Shown here: piece after piece, positions 38,976 to 50,300 of the stretch
Numbering within the stretch: the stretch's first letter is position 1
How the letters are laid out: every line of letters starts with the position of its first letter
NCBI GenBank assembly: GCA_012517325.1
Contig: JAAYVF010000093.1
Coordinates: 39,707-103,706 of the forward strand
Reading direction: 5' to 3'
Origin: Myxococcales bacterium
GTDB lineage: Bacteria > Lernaellota > Lernaellaia > Lernaellales > Lernaellaceae
DNA: 64,000 bases
Position numbers and translations under genes: made by a program
The notes under the pieces: generated by a model
Database searches by the model: none
What the model was told of the DNA's origin: nothing
Seen by the model: the letters and a program-made list of their open reading frames with translations, nothing else

Positions 38976-40664
38976 ATGGATTCGGAAATGCTTTATCTAT
39001 CGGTCGCCTGGCCGGTGTTGTTGTTGGTGCTTTGGCACTATCGGAGCCGGGGAAAGCCATTGGGAGCCAACCTCGTCCGCTTGCTTTGGCTGTGCCTGGT
39101 GGCGACGGTTATTTTCGCCTATTGGCGGTATCTGTGGCCGATCAAGGGCTACGAAGATGCGTTTCCGATCGACGATTCCTACATCACGCTGAGCGCCGCG
39201 CGGAATTTCGCCGCGCACAATCTCTTCGCCGTCAATCCGGATGCGCCACTGGCCGGCATCACCAGCCCGTTTCACGTTTTGCTGGTCGGGTTGCTGGGCA
39301 AGGCAGTGGGCGTCGTCTGGGCCGATCGGCTGCTCGGTTTTCTGGCTTTTTTCTTCACGGTCGCGGGAACGGTCGTCTGGACGCGTCAACTGAACGACGA
39401 TCCGCTGCCGGCCGCCGCGGCGGGGGCGCTTTGCGCCTTGAGCGGGCCGCTGATATTCGGCGCATTGAACGGCCTGGAAACCGACCTGTTCGCCGCGCTG
39501 ATCATCTGGAGCGCGGTCCTCTACGAAAAAGGTCGTCAGGCGGGCAAGTGGTTTGTCGGCGCCGGGTTGCTGGTCGGCCTGGCCATCGTGACGCGCCCCG
39601 AGGGTTATTTCCTGGCGGTCGCCATTTTTTCAGTCGCCTTTTTTGAGCGGATCAAAGGGCGGTATCCGCTTTCCTGGGCGACCTATTTCGGCGCCTTGCT
39701 GGCGGTCGCGCTGATCGTCTCGCCGTACCTCTTGGCCAATTATCATTTGCTAGGGCGGGTATTCCCGTTGACGGTTTCCGCCAAGCAGCATTTTTTCGCT
39801 TCCAGTTGCACGCCGATTTTCCAGCCGATCGTCATGACGTTCTTTTCGCCGTTGATGCTGCTGGGCCCGTTCGTGATCCTGATTCCGTTTCTATTTGTAG
39901 CCAGCGAATGGCGGCGCCGGCTTTATCCGGCGGCGTTCATTCTCATTTTTTATCTGGCTTATCTGGTGAAATTTCCCGGCGCGCTCGGACATTATTGGGG
40001 CCGCTATCAACACCCGCTCTTGCCGTTCGTCCTGGCCGGACTGACGGTCGGCGCTGTGCATTTCGTCGCGAAGAAAAACGCCCGGCATCCGCGAACCGGC
40101 ACCGTGATCGGCGTGATCTTGGCTATCTTTTTGTTTGTGGGCACCGGCCTCAACACCTCCATTCAGCGAGGCGTCTACCGCCATGCGATCGAAAACGCCA
40201 AGGACGGCGGCTACCTCTGGGAAGTGATGGAGTGGCTGCGGGCCAACACCGCACCAGGGGATTCCGTGGCGACGCACGACATTGGTGTGGTGACCTATTT
40301 TTCCGGGCGAAAAGTGATCGATCTGGTCGGGTTGAGCGACCCGGAAATCGCGGCGATCTACGCCCACCACCAGGCGCCGTGCGGCGGATTCAATCCGCGC
40401 GCCGATTCCCTATACCAGTTGCTCGCCAAACGCCGGCCCAAAATCGTTTATTTCGCGCCCTCGTGGGATGAACTCTACCTGGGTCTGCTCCGCATCGACG
40501 GTGGCCGCCACCTGGCCCTGGCGCATCGCTCGGAGGCGAAATTCGACCTCGGCGCGATCAAAGATCTGAAATTCCACGAATACGATTTTTATCTTGGCGA
40601 TTGGGTGAACGACCTGCGCCAAACCGGAACCGGTCAGTCCGCCGCGACAACCGCCGCCAATTAA
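38976..40664 (+). CDS. Polytopic membrane protein, GT-C-fold glycosyltransferase-like (ArnT/PMT-like)
   Basis: About 13 hydrophobic helices. First periplasmic loop PIDDSYITLSAARNF resembles the GT-C DD/DE motif. Family assignment is uncertain. Confidence 0.4.
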   Translation: MDSEMLYLSVAWPVLLLVLWHYRSRGKPLGANLVRLLWLCLVATVIFAYWRYLWPIKGYEDAFPIDDSYITLSAARNFAAHNLFAVNPDAPLAGITSPFHVLLVGLLGKAVGVVWADRLLGFLAFFFTVAGTVVWTRQLNDDPLPAAAAGALCALSGPLIFGALNGLETDLFAALIIWSAVLYEKGRQAGKWFVGAGLLVGLAIVTRPEGYFLAVAIFSVAFFERIKGRYPLSWATYFGALLAVALIVSPYLLANYHLLGRVFPLTVSAKQHFFASSCTPIFQPIVMTFFSPLMLLGPFVILIPFLFVASEWRRRLYPAAFILIFYLAYLVKFPGALGHYWGRYQHPLLPFVLAGLTVGAVHFVAKKNARHPRTGTVIGVILAIFLFVGTGLNTSIQRGVYRHAIENAKDGGYLWEVMEWLRANTAPGDSVATHDIGVVTYFSGRKVIDLVGLSDPEIAAIYAHHQAPCGGFNPRADSLYQLLAKRRPKIVYFAPSWDELYLGLLRIDGGRHLALAHRSEAKFDLGAIKDLKFHEYDFYLGDWVNDLRQTGTGQSAATTAAN

Positions 40665-42790
40665 TTCAGCGACCGAATCAATTCGACTTCTGCCGCCAAC
40701 CGGCCGCGTCGGAAGAACGCCGCCGGCGTGCCGATCGGCGCCGGAACCGTGAAGATCGTCCGTCCGGAATAACGCTCGCCGGTAAACAAATGCTCCCATT
40801 CACCTTCCGGGAGATAAACCTTCACTTGTTCGCCGCCCTCGGTCACCACCGGCGCCAACAGCAGATCGTCGCCGATCATCCATTGCCCGTGCGCCTGCAG
40901 CGACTCGGCCCAATCCGGATCGACCAGCTCCGTGTGACGGATCAGCGGCAAGCCCATGGCGCGCGCTTCGTTGGCCAGTTGAGCGAAATACGGGAAAAGC
41001 GCGGCATGGATTTTGGCGAAACGAGTGAAATGCGCGAGGGTTTTCGGATCGCTGTCGAAATTGTGGTTTTCCAGCTTCTGCAGGCCTTCGTGTGTGCGCA
41101 TCACCGGGGTAAAGGCGCCCAATTCGGTCCAGCGCAAATATAGCTCCTGGGTGCTGGGTCCGCCGGAAAAGCCGGCGATGTCATGAGTGAAAAACGGGAT
41201 GCCGGCCAGGCCGATGGTCAGCCCGGCGGTGACGACGGTCGGCAGGCCGTCGTAAGGATCCCAAGATGCTTCTTGATCGCCCGCCCAAACGATCTGCGCC
41301 ACTCGCTGTTCACCGCTGAAGCCGCTCCGGGTCAGCAAAACGTAATCGCCGTCCGGATAAGCCTCTTCCAACGCCTCGCGATTGAGGCGATGCCAGAGCG
41401 TCGGATACAGATTGTGCGTCGTGGGCGCCGCGCCGTTGTCCAGGACGGCGTCATAAGGCAACCACTCGCCGAAATCGGCCATCCAACCGCGCATGCCCAA
41501 ATCGATGGCGCGGCGGGCGAAGTCCTGAAACCAGGCGCCGGCCTGTGGGTTGGTGACATCCAGCAGGCTGCCGACGAAGGTGATGATCGGAAATTGATAA
41601 ACCCGGCCGTCCGGCCGCCGAATCAGGTAGCCGCGTTTTTCCGCCGCCGCGTATTGATCGTAACGCGGCACGATGAATGGATTGAAGTATCCCAAGAACC
41701 GAATGCCGCGTTCGTCGAGGGAGGCGATCCATTCGCGGAGGTTCGGATACAACTGCTCATCGAGCGTCCAATGATATTTAACGCCGAAATTTTGCAGCCC
41801 GAAGTTACGCAAGCCCACCCAATCCTGTACCCAGACCGCCGAAACCGGGATCCCGGCTTCCAGTGCCGTTTCGAGTCGCGCCGCCACCATTTCAGTGCCG
41901 CCTTGCGCCGCCAACCAGACTCCGGCGAATGCCCAATCGGGCGGAATCCGGTCGGGACGGCCGATCTCGGCGGTCAATTGCGTAACGATCGCGGCCGGTT
42001 TTGGACCCGGCAACACCAGGAAAGAAGCCGTCGCGCCGTCCCACGCTTCCACCGACCATTCGCGACTGGAAAAAGATCCCAGATCGAAGAGCGAATAGGT
42101 GGTGTTTTCGAGCAAGAACCCTTTTCCGGCCGCCGGGTCGAGAAAATAGGGCATCGGGAAATAGGTGTCGTGCAAATCGCCCTGGGTCGGCAACAACGGT
42201 AGCGGCCGGCGGCCGACGCCTTGTTCCTGAACCCAAACAGGCATTTTTTGACCGCGAAAGTCGACGAAATTGTATTGTTCGCCGAACCCCCAGAACCGAT
42301 CCTCGGCCGATAGCGCAAAGCGCAGCCGGATTGCCCGGCCCGCCTGGTCTTTCCGCAAGCTGACGAGCACCCGCAAATTTCCCGCCGCCGTTTCGTCGAA
42401 GGTGATTTCGCCCACTTCCTGATTACCGGCGTTGAGAATCACCCGATCGGCCGCTTTCGTGAGGTAGAGGGTCTCGGTACGCACCATTCCGGGATTGATG
42501 AAATAGAAACCGAACAGCATGCCGACATTCGGATTGAACAGCCGGCGCTCGACACCCGTGATGGTAAACAGGAGGCGATCATCCCGCGAAATATCCAGAC
42601 TGCCATCGGAATGTAGTTGCCAGTGCCAGCCTTCATCCGACGCGACGGAATCGTCGTCCACGGCCGATGGATCGCCGTTTGTCTGGCGATCCTCGCCGCA
42701 ACCGAGGACGGCGAGCAGCAGGCAACAGAAGAAGGCTACGCGAATCCGCCAAGGCATGCTGATTCTCCGGTCGGCGCGGGTAAAAATCAT
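40661..42790 (-). CDS. Glycoside hydrolase family 31 (alpha-glucosidase/alpha-xylosidase-like) lipoprotein
   Basis: Lipobox LAVLGC. GH31 catalytic region GWMADFGEW (compare KTDFGE in YicI) and WAGDQEASW; about 700 aa. The start may be M12. Confidence 0.8.
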   Translation of the reverse strand: MIFTRADRRISMPWRIRVAFFCCLLLAVLGCGEDRQTNGDPSAVDDDSVASDEGWHWQLHSDGSLDISRDDRLLFTITGVERRLFNPNVGMLFGFYFINPGMVRTETLYLTKAADRVILNAGNQEVGEITFDETAAGNLRVLVSLRKDQAGRAIRLRFALSAEDRFWGFGEQYNFVDFRGQKMPVWVQEQGVGRRPLPLLPTQGDLHDTYFPMPYFLDPAAGKGFLLENTTYSLFDLGSFSSREWSVEAWDGATASFLVLPGPKPAAIVTQLTAEIGRPDRIPPDWAFAGVWLAAQGGTEMVAARLETALEAGIPVSAVWVQDWVGLRNFGLQNFGVKYHWTLDEQLYPNLREWIASLDERGIRFLGYFNPFIVPRYDQYAAAEKRGYLIRRPDGRVYQFPIITFVGSLLDVTNPQAGAWFQDFARRAIDLGMRGWMADFGEWLPYDAVLDNGAAPTTHNLYPTLWHRLNREALEEAYPDGDYVLLTRSGFSGEQRVAQIVWAGDQEASWDPYDGLPTVVTAGLTIGLAGIPFFTHDIAGFSGGPSTQELYLRWTELGAFTPVMRTHEGLQKLENHNFDSDPKTLAHFTRFAKIHAALFPYFAQLANEARAMGLPLIRHTELVDPDWAESLQAHGQWMIGDDLLLAPVVTEGGEQVKVYLPEGEWEHLFTGERYSGRTIFTVPAPIGTPAAFFRRGRLAAEVELIRSLN

Positions 42791-42812
42791 CGAATCCGCC
42801 GCGGCTGCGCCA

Positions 42813-45056
42813 TCACGGCTCCGGCGTGACCAGAATCGCCGCGCCCACGCGCAAGGCCGGCAAGACGGCCTGCCAGTGATCCGGCGCGAGTTTTACCCAC
42901 GTCAGCGGCGAACGGTCGCCGCCGTCGAGCAACTCGAAGTTCAGCGGCTCGAAACCGTTCGGCGGATACAGGTCGATCGTCAGGTCGGTTTTTTCGTGCC
43001 ATTCCCAGGGCGTCAGTAGATTCAATTGATAGTCGAGGTTGGTCAGGAGGACGACGATGCCGCGCGGGCTCACGGCCGCCGTCAAGTCGACCGTTTCGTC
43101 GTTTACCGCGGCGATGAACCCGGCCGGGGAAATGTCGCTTTCGAGCAGCAGCGAATCGATCTGCCGCAGTTCCGCGACGAGCTTGGCCATTTCCTGTTCC
43201 GGTTCCTCGGGGCATTTTTCGTCCCATTCCGGATTGTGGTTGAACCACAAGAGGCCTTTGACGCCGTAAGCGAGATTTTGGAAGAACTGGGCGCGGATTT
43301 CGTCGGCCGAGGTGCAGCGCAATTGAACGCCGTTGATGTCGAGCGTGTTGAACATCGCCTGCGTCCAATTCCAACTCGGGCGCGGTTCGGCGGTCGTTTT
43401 CATCGCGAAGGCGTAATAGCCGGTGAACTCGATCCGATCCCAATAGAACAGCGGCCAGTTGTAATTGCACTTCGGCGCCCAGACGCAATAATGGTCCATC
43501 CCGCTGATGTCGGGCAGGGTGCCCCAGGCGGGGAACTGATAACTGCACGCATCGTAAATCCACAGCGGTTTGGCATCGCCCCAGAGGTCGCGGTTGTTGC
43601 GCACGCGCGGCAGCGCTTCGCCGGCGGGGCCGGAGAGGTCGCCTTCGCCGCTCACCGCGTTGGTCAGCAAGCGGGGATGATCGCCCCAGTCCAGAATGAA
43701 ATTCTGAAAGTAGGCATCCGGTTCGCCTTGGTGCGTAAAGAGATAAAAATCGTTTTCCTCGGCCAGGGCGAATACCGTTTCCGGCGGATTCGTGTCGGAT
43801 GGATAATAAATGAACATATTGATGCCGACACTCAGATAGGTTTGCAGCGCGGCCTCGTCGGTGAAGGCGTCGTCGCCGTTCCAGTCGCCGACCGGGAAAA
43901 TCGGAGGAAACAAGCGCAGGGATCGCGAGACGGTCAGCGCGGCGCGGCCGTCCGTGCCGTGCACCGAGAAGACCCGCCAGGGGCCAAACTCGACTCCCGC
44001 CGGTTGGGGAACGCGGATCAACGCTAATTCGCCCGGGGCGATTTGCGGATTGTCGATCGAGACGTAATTGGAAACATCCAGGCCGTCGATCGACAGGCCC
44101 GTCACAGTCAAGGAGTCCTCGGCGTCGTTGCGCACGTGAACGAGGATTTCATCCGCCGCGACGTTGGCGGTGATGTAGCTGGGGGTCAGCGAGGGAGCGG
44201 GTAGGGTCCCCGAATAGCTCCAGATCTCCGTCTCACCCTGCTTGATCTGGATCGTCACGGGATCGCCCGCATCGAAAGCCGCCGAATAGGAATGACAACG
44301 CAGGATGGCGATGTCGCCGGCCAGCAACTCGTTGCCGATGACCTCGCACCATTCCACGTCGCCGTCGGTCGAATTGCCGGGCAAGCCGTTGATCAGAATC
44401 GTGTCCGGCGCGCAATCGAAGGGCACGATGAAAAAGCCGTAAAGCAGACCGCCGTGATCCGGCTTCGACCCTTGTTCGATCACCTCGGGGTTGTAGTAAT
44501 TCGGCGCGAAGCCGATCTCATCGAGCGCCCCGATGCCGGTCGGCAAGTCGCCCGCCGTGACCAACCAGCTCGATTTGTCGGCGTAGCCTTCCTCGTTGGT
44601 GACGGTCAGCACGACCGGGAAGGTTCCGGCACCGAACGCATGCTGGGCGGTCATGCCGGTCGCCGATTGGCCGTCGCCGAAGTCGTATTCGTAGGTCAGG
44701 AGGCTGCCGTTCGGATCGGTGGAGTCCTCGCCGGTGAAGGAAACACTATCGCCGACCGCGGCGAAATGCGTCGATCCGGACAGGACCGCGATGGGCTCCT
44801 TGGCGTAGTCGGGAGTATCGTCATTATTGTCGTTATCGTTGTCGTTATCATTGTCATCATCGTCGTCATTGTCGTCATTGTCGTCGTCATCGTTATCGTC
44901 GTCGTCAGCGGCATCATCGTTGTCGTCATCGTTGTCGTCGTCGGCGGGCCCGGCCTGATCGTTGTCGTCATCGTCGTCCGAATCGCAGGCGGAAAGAGAA
45001 AATAATGCACCGCCGAGGGCAAGCAGGAAAACCATAAATAAGAAGTATTTGGTCAT
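42813..45056 (-). CDS. Lipoprotein with a 57-residue poly-Asp/Asn linker, a PKD domain and a C-terminal domain of unknown function
   Basis: MTKYFLFMVFLLALGGALFSLSAC lipobox (internal ATG at 45056 chosen), then a D/N-rich stretch from DSDDDDDND to NDNDNDNNDD, then PKD signature YEYDFGDGQSATG...HAFGAGTFPVVLTVTNEEG. Confidence 0.7.
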   Translation of the reverse strand: MTKYFLFMVFLLALGGALFSLSACDSDDDDDNDQAGPADDDNDDDNDDAADDDDNDDDDNDDNDDDDDNDNDNDNDNNDDTPDYAKEPIAVLSGSTHFAAVGDSVSFTGEDSTDPNGSLLTYEYDFGDGQSATGMTAQHAFGAGTFPVVLTVTNEEGYADKSSWLVTAGDLPTGIGALDEIGFAPNYYNPEVIEQGSKPDHGGLLYGFFIVPFDCAPDTILINGLPGNSTDGDVEWCEVIGNELLAGDIAILRCHSYSAAFDAGDPVTIQIKQGETEIWSYSGTLPAPSLTPSYITANVAADEILVHVRNDAEDSLTVTGLSIDGLDVSNYVSIDNPQIAPGELALIRVPQPAGVEFGPWRVFSVHGTDGRAALTVSRSLRLFPPIFPVGDWNGDDAFTDEAALQTYLSVGINMFIYYPSDTNPPETVFALAEENDFYLFTHQGEPDAYFQNFILDWGDHPRLLTNAVSGEGDLSGPAGEALPRVRNNRDLWGDAKPLWIYDACSYQFPAWGTLPDISGMDHYCVWAPKCNYNWPLFYWDRIEFTGYYAFAMKTTAEPRPSWNWTQAMFNTLDINGVQLRCTSADEIRAQFFQNLAYGVKGLLWFNHNPEWDEKCPEEPEQEMAKLVAELRQIDSLLLESDISPAGFIAAVNDETVDLTAAVSPRGIVVLLTNLDYQLNLLTPWEWHEKTDLTIDLYPPNGFEPLNFELLDGGDRSPLTWVKLAPDHWQAVLPALRVGAAILVTPEP
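44814..44984. repeat. Imperfect GAY-codon (GAC/GAT/AAC) trinucleotide microsatellite encoding the D/N linker
   Basis: The plus strand reads gtcgtcattgtcgtcattgtcgtcgtcatcgtt... throughout this interval. Confidence 0.8.
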
Positions 45057-45193
45057 GACACGCCCTTTCCCGATGGAAGGTTGCCTGATGAGTGTCCTAA
45101 ATGTGGCACTGAGTGTCAAGACTTGTCAGCACAATACAGAAGACTTGTCCACGCCAGGCGCGAATAATTGCCCTCAATGTCTCGGCGGCAGAG

Positions 45194-46582
45194 CTATTTT
45201 GCCGCGGGAGCCGACGGCGCCACGCCTTCGGCCGCCGGTTTGACGAGAATTTCGGGTAGATTCAAGCCGACCATCTTGAACAGGTCGTTGTATTGCGGCA
45301 GCGAATTAAGCATGCCCGCCAGGAAATTCGCCGTGGTCGGCACGCCCTTGCCATTGCCCATATTGTCCCAGACGACGACCTTGTCGATCGACAGGTTTTT
45401 GATGGCGTCGACCTGAATCTTGGCGATTTCGGGCAACTGCTGGGCGATCATCAGCATGACCGCTTTGTTGGCGTCGCCGCCCGCCACTTGCAGGTATTCG
45501 CGCAAGCCTTCGGCCTGTTTGGCGAGGTTTTCCATCAAACCGCGCGCCTTGCCGAGCATTTCTTCGTAAATCGCGTCGCCGGAACCCTTGGCCTCCAGGC
45601 GCAGCTTTTCGGCCTCGGCCTCGGCCGTCAGGCGGATGCGCTCTTTTTCGATCTCGGCCTTGACTACGGTATTGGCGAACTGTGTGGCGCGATCACGCTC
45701 GGCGCGCTTGGCTTCGGCGTTTTTCTCCGCCGCGTAGGCTTCTTCCAGGGCCTTGGCGGTGGCGACTTTTTCGGCGGCGGTCGATAGGCGTTGGGCCTCG
45801 GCTTCCTTGACCTTGCGATCGGCCAGACTGTTGGCGATGGCCACGGCGGCGAGGTTTTCGCCCTGGACGGCCGTGGCGTTGGCCGCCGATACCTTGATGC
45901 GCTGTTCTTTTTCGGCTTCGGCCTTGCCGACTTCGCCGTCGCGTTGCTTTTGCGCCACTTTGATTTTCGCTTCATTGATGGCATGCAGGGCGGCTTCTTG
46001 GCCCAGCGCTTCGATGTAGCCGGATTCGTCGATGATGTCCTTGATGTTCACGTTGATCAGCCGCAGGCCGACTTTTTTCAGTTCGGTCTCGACGTTTTCA
46101 CTGACATTGGCGAGGAACTTATCGCGGTCGGCGTTGATTTCCTCGATATCCATCATGGCGATGGTCAGACGAAGCTGACCGAAGATGATGTCCTCGGCGA
46201 TCGACTTGATCGCCTGCTGCGGCAAGCCCAGCATCCGCTCGGCGGCGTTGAGCATGATGATCTCCTCGGTCGAGATGCCGACCGTGAACACCGAGGGCAC
46301 GTTGATGCGGATGTTTTGTTTCGAAAGGGCCGACCGCAAGTCGATATCGATGGGAATGGGCGTCAGGTTCAGAAAAGCGTAGTCCTGCAGCAGCGGCCAG
46401 ACGAACGCCGCGCCGCCGTGGATGCAACGGGCGGCCCGCGCCTGACCGGACGCGTCCTTGCCGGTTTTGCCGTAGATCACCAGGATTTTGTCGGACGGGC
46501 AGCGTTTGTAACGGCGCAGCGCCGCCAGAAAAATACCGAAAAACGCCAACGCCAGAATGGTGACGAAAATGAGAATATACAC
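45194..46582 (-). CDS. Flotillin-family (SPFH/band 7) protein, YqiK/FloT-like
   Basis: N-terminal TM helix, SPFH domain, then a long Ala/Glu/Lys-rich coiled coil (EAEAQRLSTAAEKVATAKALEEAYAAEKNAEAKRAERD...). Confidence 0.85.
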   Translation of the reverse strand: MYILIFVTILALAFFGIFLAALRRYKRCPSDKILVIYGKTGKDASGQARAARCIHGGAAFVWPLLQDYAFLNLTPIPIDIDLRSALSKQNIRINVPSVFTVGISTEEIIMLNAAERMLGLPQQAIKSIAEDIIFGQLRLTIAMMDIEEINADRDKFLANVSENVETELKKVGLRLINVNIKDIIDESGYIEALGQEAALHAINEAKIKVAQKQRDGEVGKAEAEKEQRIKVSAANATAVQGENLAAVAIANSLADRKVKEAEAQRLSTAAEKVATAKALEEAYAAEKNAEAKRAERDRATQFANTVVKAEIEKERIRLTAEAEAEKLRLEAKGSGDAIYEEMLGKARGLMENLAKQAEGLREYLQVAGGDANKAVMLMIAQQLPEIAKIQVDAIKNLSIDKVVVWDNMGNGKGVPTTANFLAGMLNSLPQYNDLFKMVGLNLPEILVKPAAEGVAPSAPAAK

Positions 46583-46613
46583 GACTTATCCTCCCACGCG
46601 GTTGAGACTGAAT

Positions 46614-47228
46614 TTATGCCTTACCGACGATCACGGTTTCACTGTCCAGAATATCGAGCACCTGCACCGCGGCGCCGGTCGGCAAATCCTCGCCGTCGGT
46701 CATCGCCCGTAGCTCCCGCAATGCGCCTTGATAGGCCACCATCACTTTCCCGACGCCTTGCCGGCGGCCGGGAATGCGCAAATAGACTTCGCCGTGCTGG
46801 TACAGCGCATTGGTGATCCGTGTGTTGCCCGCCTCGGTGATTTTGCCGAGCATCGCGAAGATCCAGGCGAAGAGAAACATGAAGGCCAGACCGGTCAGGC
46901 CGCCGATCGCCGCGGCCAGAATGGCCGGAAAACCCGCGTGATGCGAGGCGATGCCGAGCCAACTGAAGGCGGTGAAGAAGATGATCAGGCCTTTGACGGT
47001 AAACAGCTTCAGGCCCGTCGCGCCGTGGTGCGTCGCGTCCGCGTGATCCACGCCGCCGTCATCCAGGCTGCCGTCGGAGGGGACATCACCGTCCGCGTGG
47101 TCGGCGCCGAAGCCGATAATTTCCAGAATGACTTGCAGCAGGGTCAGGACGGACGAGGGGACCGCGATGATCCACAGAGTCTTTTGAAATAACGGCAGGG
47201 CGTCCCACCAGGCTTGTAAAAAGTCCAT
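46614..47228 (-). CDS. NfeD-like membrane protein (YqiJ/YuaF-like, C-terminal OB-fold), flotillin partner
   Basis: Hydrophobic N-terminal half, C-terminal soluble beta-rich domain. Located immediately upstream of, and co-directional with, the flotillin gene, matching the conserved nfeD-flotillin operon arrangement. Confidence 0.7.
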   Translation of the reverse strand: MDFLQAWWDALPLFQKTLWIIAVPSSVLTLLQVILEIIGFGADHADGDVPSDGSLDDGGVDHADATHHGATGLKLFTVKGLIIFFTAFSWLGIASHHAGFPAILAAAIGGLTGLAFMFLFAWIFAMLGKITEAGNTRITNALYQHGEVYLRIPGRRQGVGKVMVAYQGALRELRAMTDGEDLPTGAAVQVLDILDSETVIVGKA

Positions 47229-47342
47229 ACCCGCACCTCCGCATCAGGGTGACCGTTCGGGATCGGGAATCGCACCGGGATCGAAAAACATATACCCCGT
47301 TTTCAAAGCCATGGAAAGGCGAGCGGCCGTCCCGGTCGTCGC

Positions 47343-50300
47343 TCAACAGCCGCAGGCGCCGCGCTCGCCGTCATCGTCGTCCGCCGGGACGGCGGAGTTT
47401 TTATCGTCATCGGCCAGATCGTTGTCGTCGTTATCGTCGTTGTTATCATCATTGTCATCATTGTCGTTGTCGTTGTCGTTGTTGTCGTCATTATCATCGT
47501 TGTCGTCGTCATCATCGTCGTCGACCGGACCGTTTTGCTCCGGCAGCGGAAATTCATAGTTTCCGGTGTTGAACGGGTCGTGCTGATGCGAGGTCCATTG
47601 GAGATTGCCGTCGGCGGGTCCGGTCGTTCGCCAGACGAAGAGGTAACCCTCGCGCGTCACCGCCGCCACCTCGAGGTAGCCGTCACCGTCCATGTCGCCG
47701 ACCGTCGGCGAGGAAATGATCCAGCCGCCGGTGAATTTCGGCCAGCCGGCGGGCTCGTCACCCAGATGGTTATAGGCATGCAGATAATACCCGCCCGATC
47801 CGCCGATCAACTCGGGTAAGCCGTCGCCGTCGAGATCGGCCACGATGTTTTCGCCCACGAATTGAATGTCCTCGAAGGGCCGGGGAAAATGTCGCAGGCT
47901 GGAGCCGTCGTCGAGGTACCAGGCGCCGACCAGGGAATCGGCGGGGATGCGCAAGCCGGCGAAAACCAATTGCAGCCCTTGCCGCAGACCCAGACCGGAT
48001 TTGATGATCGCCAACCGGCCGCTGCCGTCGAGATCGGCGAGCGACGAGTTGCCGTTCATCGTGAACATCAGCGGATCGATCGTGCCGTTTTGCAGACCGA
48101 GAACCAGCGGTGACATATAGCGAATGAGTTCGCCGTTGTGGTCGTAGACGGCGGGCACCAGCACGCCGGCGTGAACCATCACCTCGTCGTAGCCGTCGTG
48201 GTCCAGATCGGCCGCCACCGGCGAGGTGGGCGTGCCGGTGCCGAAATAAGGCAGATAATCCATTTCCAGGCCGAACGGCGCAACGGGCCAATTTGGCAGG
48301 AACGGGCCGCCGGCGTGGTCGTTGCCGTCGCGCCAAAGCGCGTACACGCGGCCGTAGTAATCGTCGTATTTTTCGTTGGTGGCGACGACGATCTCCGGGC
48401 GGCCGTCGGCATCGAGCTCGGCGAGCGCGGGCGTTGTTACGATGCGCGTGCCTTCCTGGCCGGTCGAGTCACGGCACAATACCGGCCAACCGGCCACCGG
48501 CGATCCGTCCGATCGCCAGGCGTACACATATTGGTCCATTCCGGCGGCGACGATTTCCAGCGCATCATCCGGCTCCGGATCGAGATCCACCAGAACCGGC
48601 GAACCCATGAAGCCGTAGTCGACCTTCCATTCCGGATTCAGGTGCGTGGGATCCATCGCCACCGGAAAACCGGGCTGTAACGAACCGTCCGCCTTCCAGA
48701 CGTACAATTCGCCGTCCATGGAAGCGACGACCACCTCGACCGTGCCGTCGAGATCCAGGTCACCGGCCGCCGGCGAGGCCAGAACGCTCTGCCGCCAATC
48801 TGACGCCATCTCACCCGTGCGGTAGGCGGCGGAATTCAGGTAATTGACTACGGAGGGATCCTGTCCCGGCGCGTAATCCATCGGCGCCGGCCAGCCCGGC
48901 AATTCGGTGCCGTCGCCGCGAAAGGCATGCACCCGACCGTCGGCGCTGGGGACGATCAGTTCGAAAATGTCGTCGCCGGTCAGGTCAGCCATCAGCGGCG
49001 AGGCTTCGCCCGAACCCCCCAGGTCGCGCGGAAAACCGCCGGCCCAGTCGGCGTCGCGATAAAGGAAAAACTGGTGGTAGTAGAGCACCTCGTTGCCCAG
49101 GGAATCGTCGACCACCAGGCGAAGCAGTAGGGCGTAATGATCGGAGGCGTCGCGGCTGATGGCTTTTCCCTGGGGCATGGGAAAATCATTCGGATCGACG
49201 ATGCCCAACTCGCCCGCGAGCGGCGCCGACAAATAGTTTTCCTGGGTGATGACCGTCCAGCCGTCCGCCGCGGGCTCCAGGCCGACTTGCGCCTCCAGGC
49301 GGTAACTGTAAGGGCGGCCGCGACGGGCGTCGACGTAACCGACGATCGAAATAGAGTCCTGCGCCGGGCCGACGATCTCATACCAGGCGGGCGTTTCGAT
49401 ATAGGCTTCCGGCGGGATCGTGTCCGGCGCCACCAGGTCCACCGCCGCGCGCACGTTGAGGCGGCCGTGCCCGAAGTATTTGTCCCAACCCGGAAGGCTT
49501 TGATAGATGAATGGATTGTGCGCCGCTTCCGGACGGTAGACGTCGGTCGCGCTCATCGCCACCAGCCCCATGACCTCGGCGGAAGACAACGGCGGGTCCA
49601 GGTCGATCTCGATCGCCCGCGAATAAATCAGGCCGAGCGCGCCGCCCATGATGCCCGTCGCGCCGCTGCTGCAAGCCCAACTGGCGCCGCTGACCGTGAT
49701 CTTCGAGCCCCAGTTGGTGCAGGCGTCCAAGGCCATGAAGCTCGTCACCTTGTCCAAATCCTGGTCGGGAATGACGTTGTTGGTGTGAATGGTCCTGCCA
49801 TATGTGGCCGGGTAATTGTGGTGGTAACTGTTCTCGTCGGCGGCGCTGGCCGCGAACGACACGTTGTGGGCCAAGGCATATTCCACCGCTTCCCGGGCGA
49901 AGGGCGTGTTGTTGATCGTGCCCAGCGCCTCCAGTACGACCTGGGCGCCGCTGTCGGTGGCGAAGATGACGCCTTGCGCGAAATGGTTGACGTCGGCCAC
50001 GAAGCTGTCGCCCACCCGCACGGGGAGGATCAGGCAGCGTGGGCACACCCCCGAGTCCTCGATGCCGTTGTTGACTTCGGCGGCGGCCATTTTCGCCTCG
50101 CCGGTGCCGTGCCCGAAATAGATGTCGTCGTGCGGATCGTTGTCGTGCTGGTAAAAATCCCAGCCGCAGATGTCGTCGACGTAACCGTTGTCGTCGCTGT
50201 CGACCCCGTCCGAAAACAATTGGATCAGATCGCCCGGATCGAGGTCGTTGTTGTCGTTGACGTCGTAGACGCGGGAATCCGCGGCGTAATCGAGCATGTT

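Noticed and set aside
44814-47560. GAY-codon repeat tracts considered as a possible CRISPR array or other spaced-repeat locus. The 47311..47559 (+) Ser/Leu-rich ORF and the 47303..47557 (-) Thr/Met-rich ORF were also considered.
   Set aside because: There is no unit-length direct repeat with unique spacers; the tracts are imperfect trinucleotide or hexanucleotide microsatellites inside verified coding frames. The S/L-rich and T/M-rich ORFs are other-frame readings of the same repeats.
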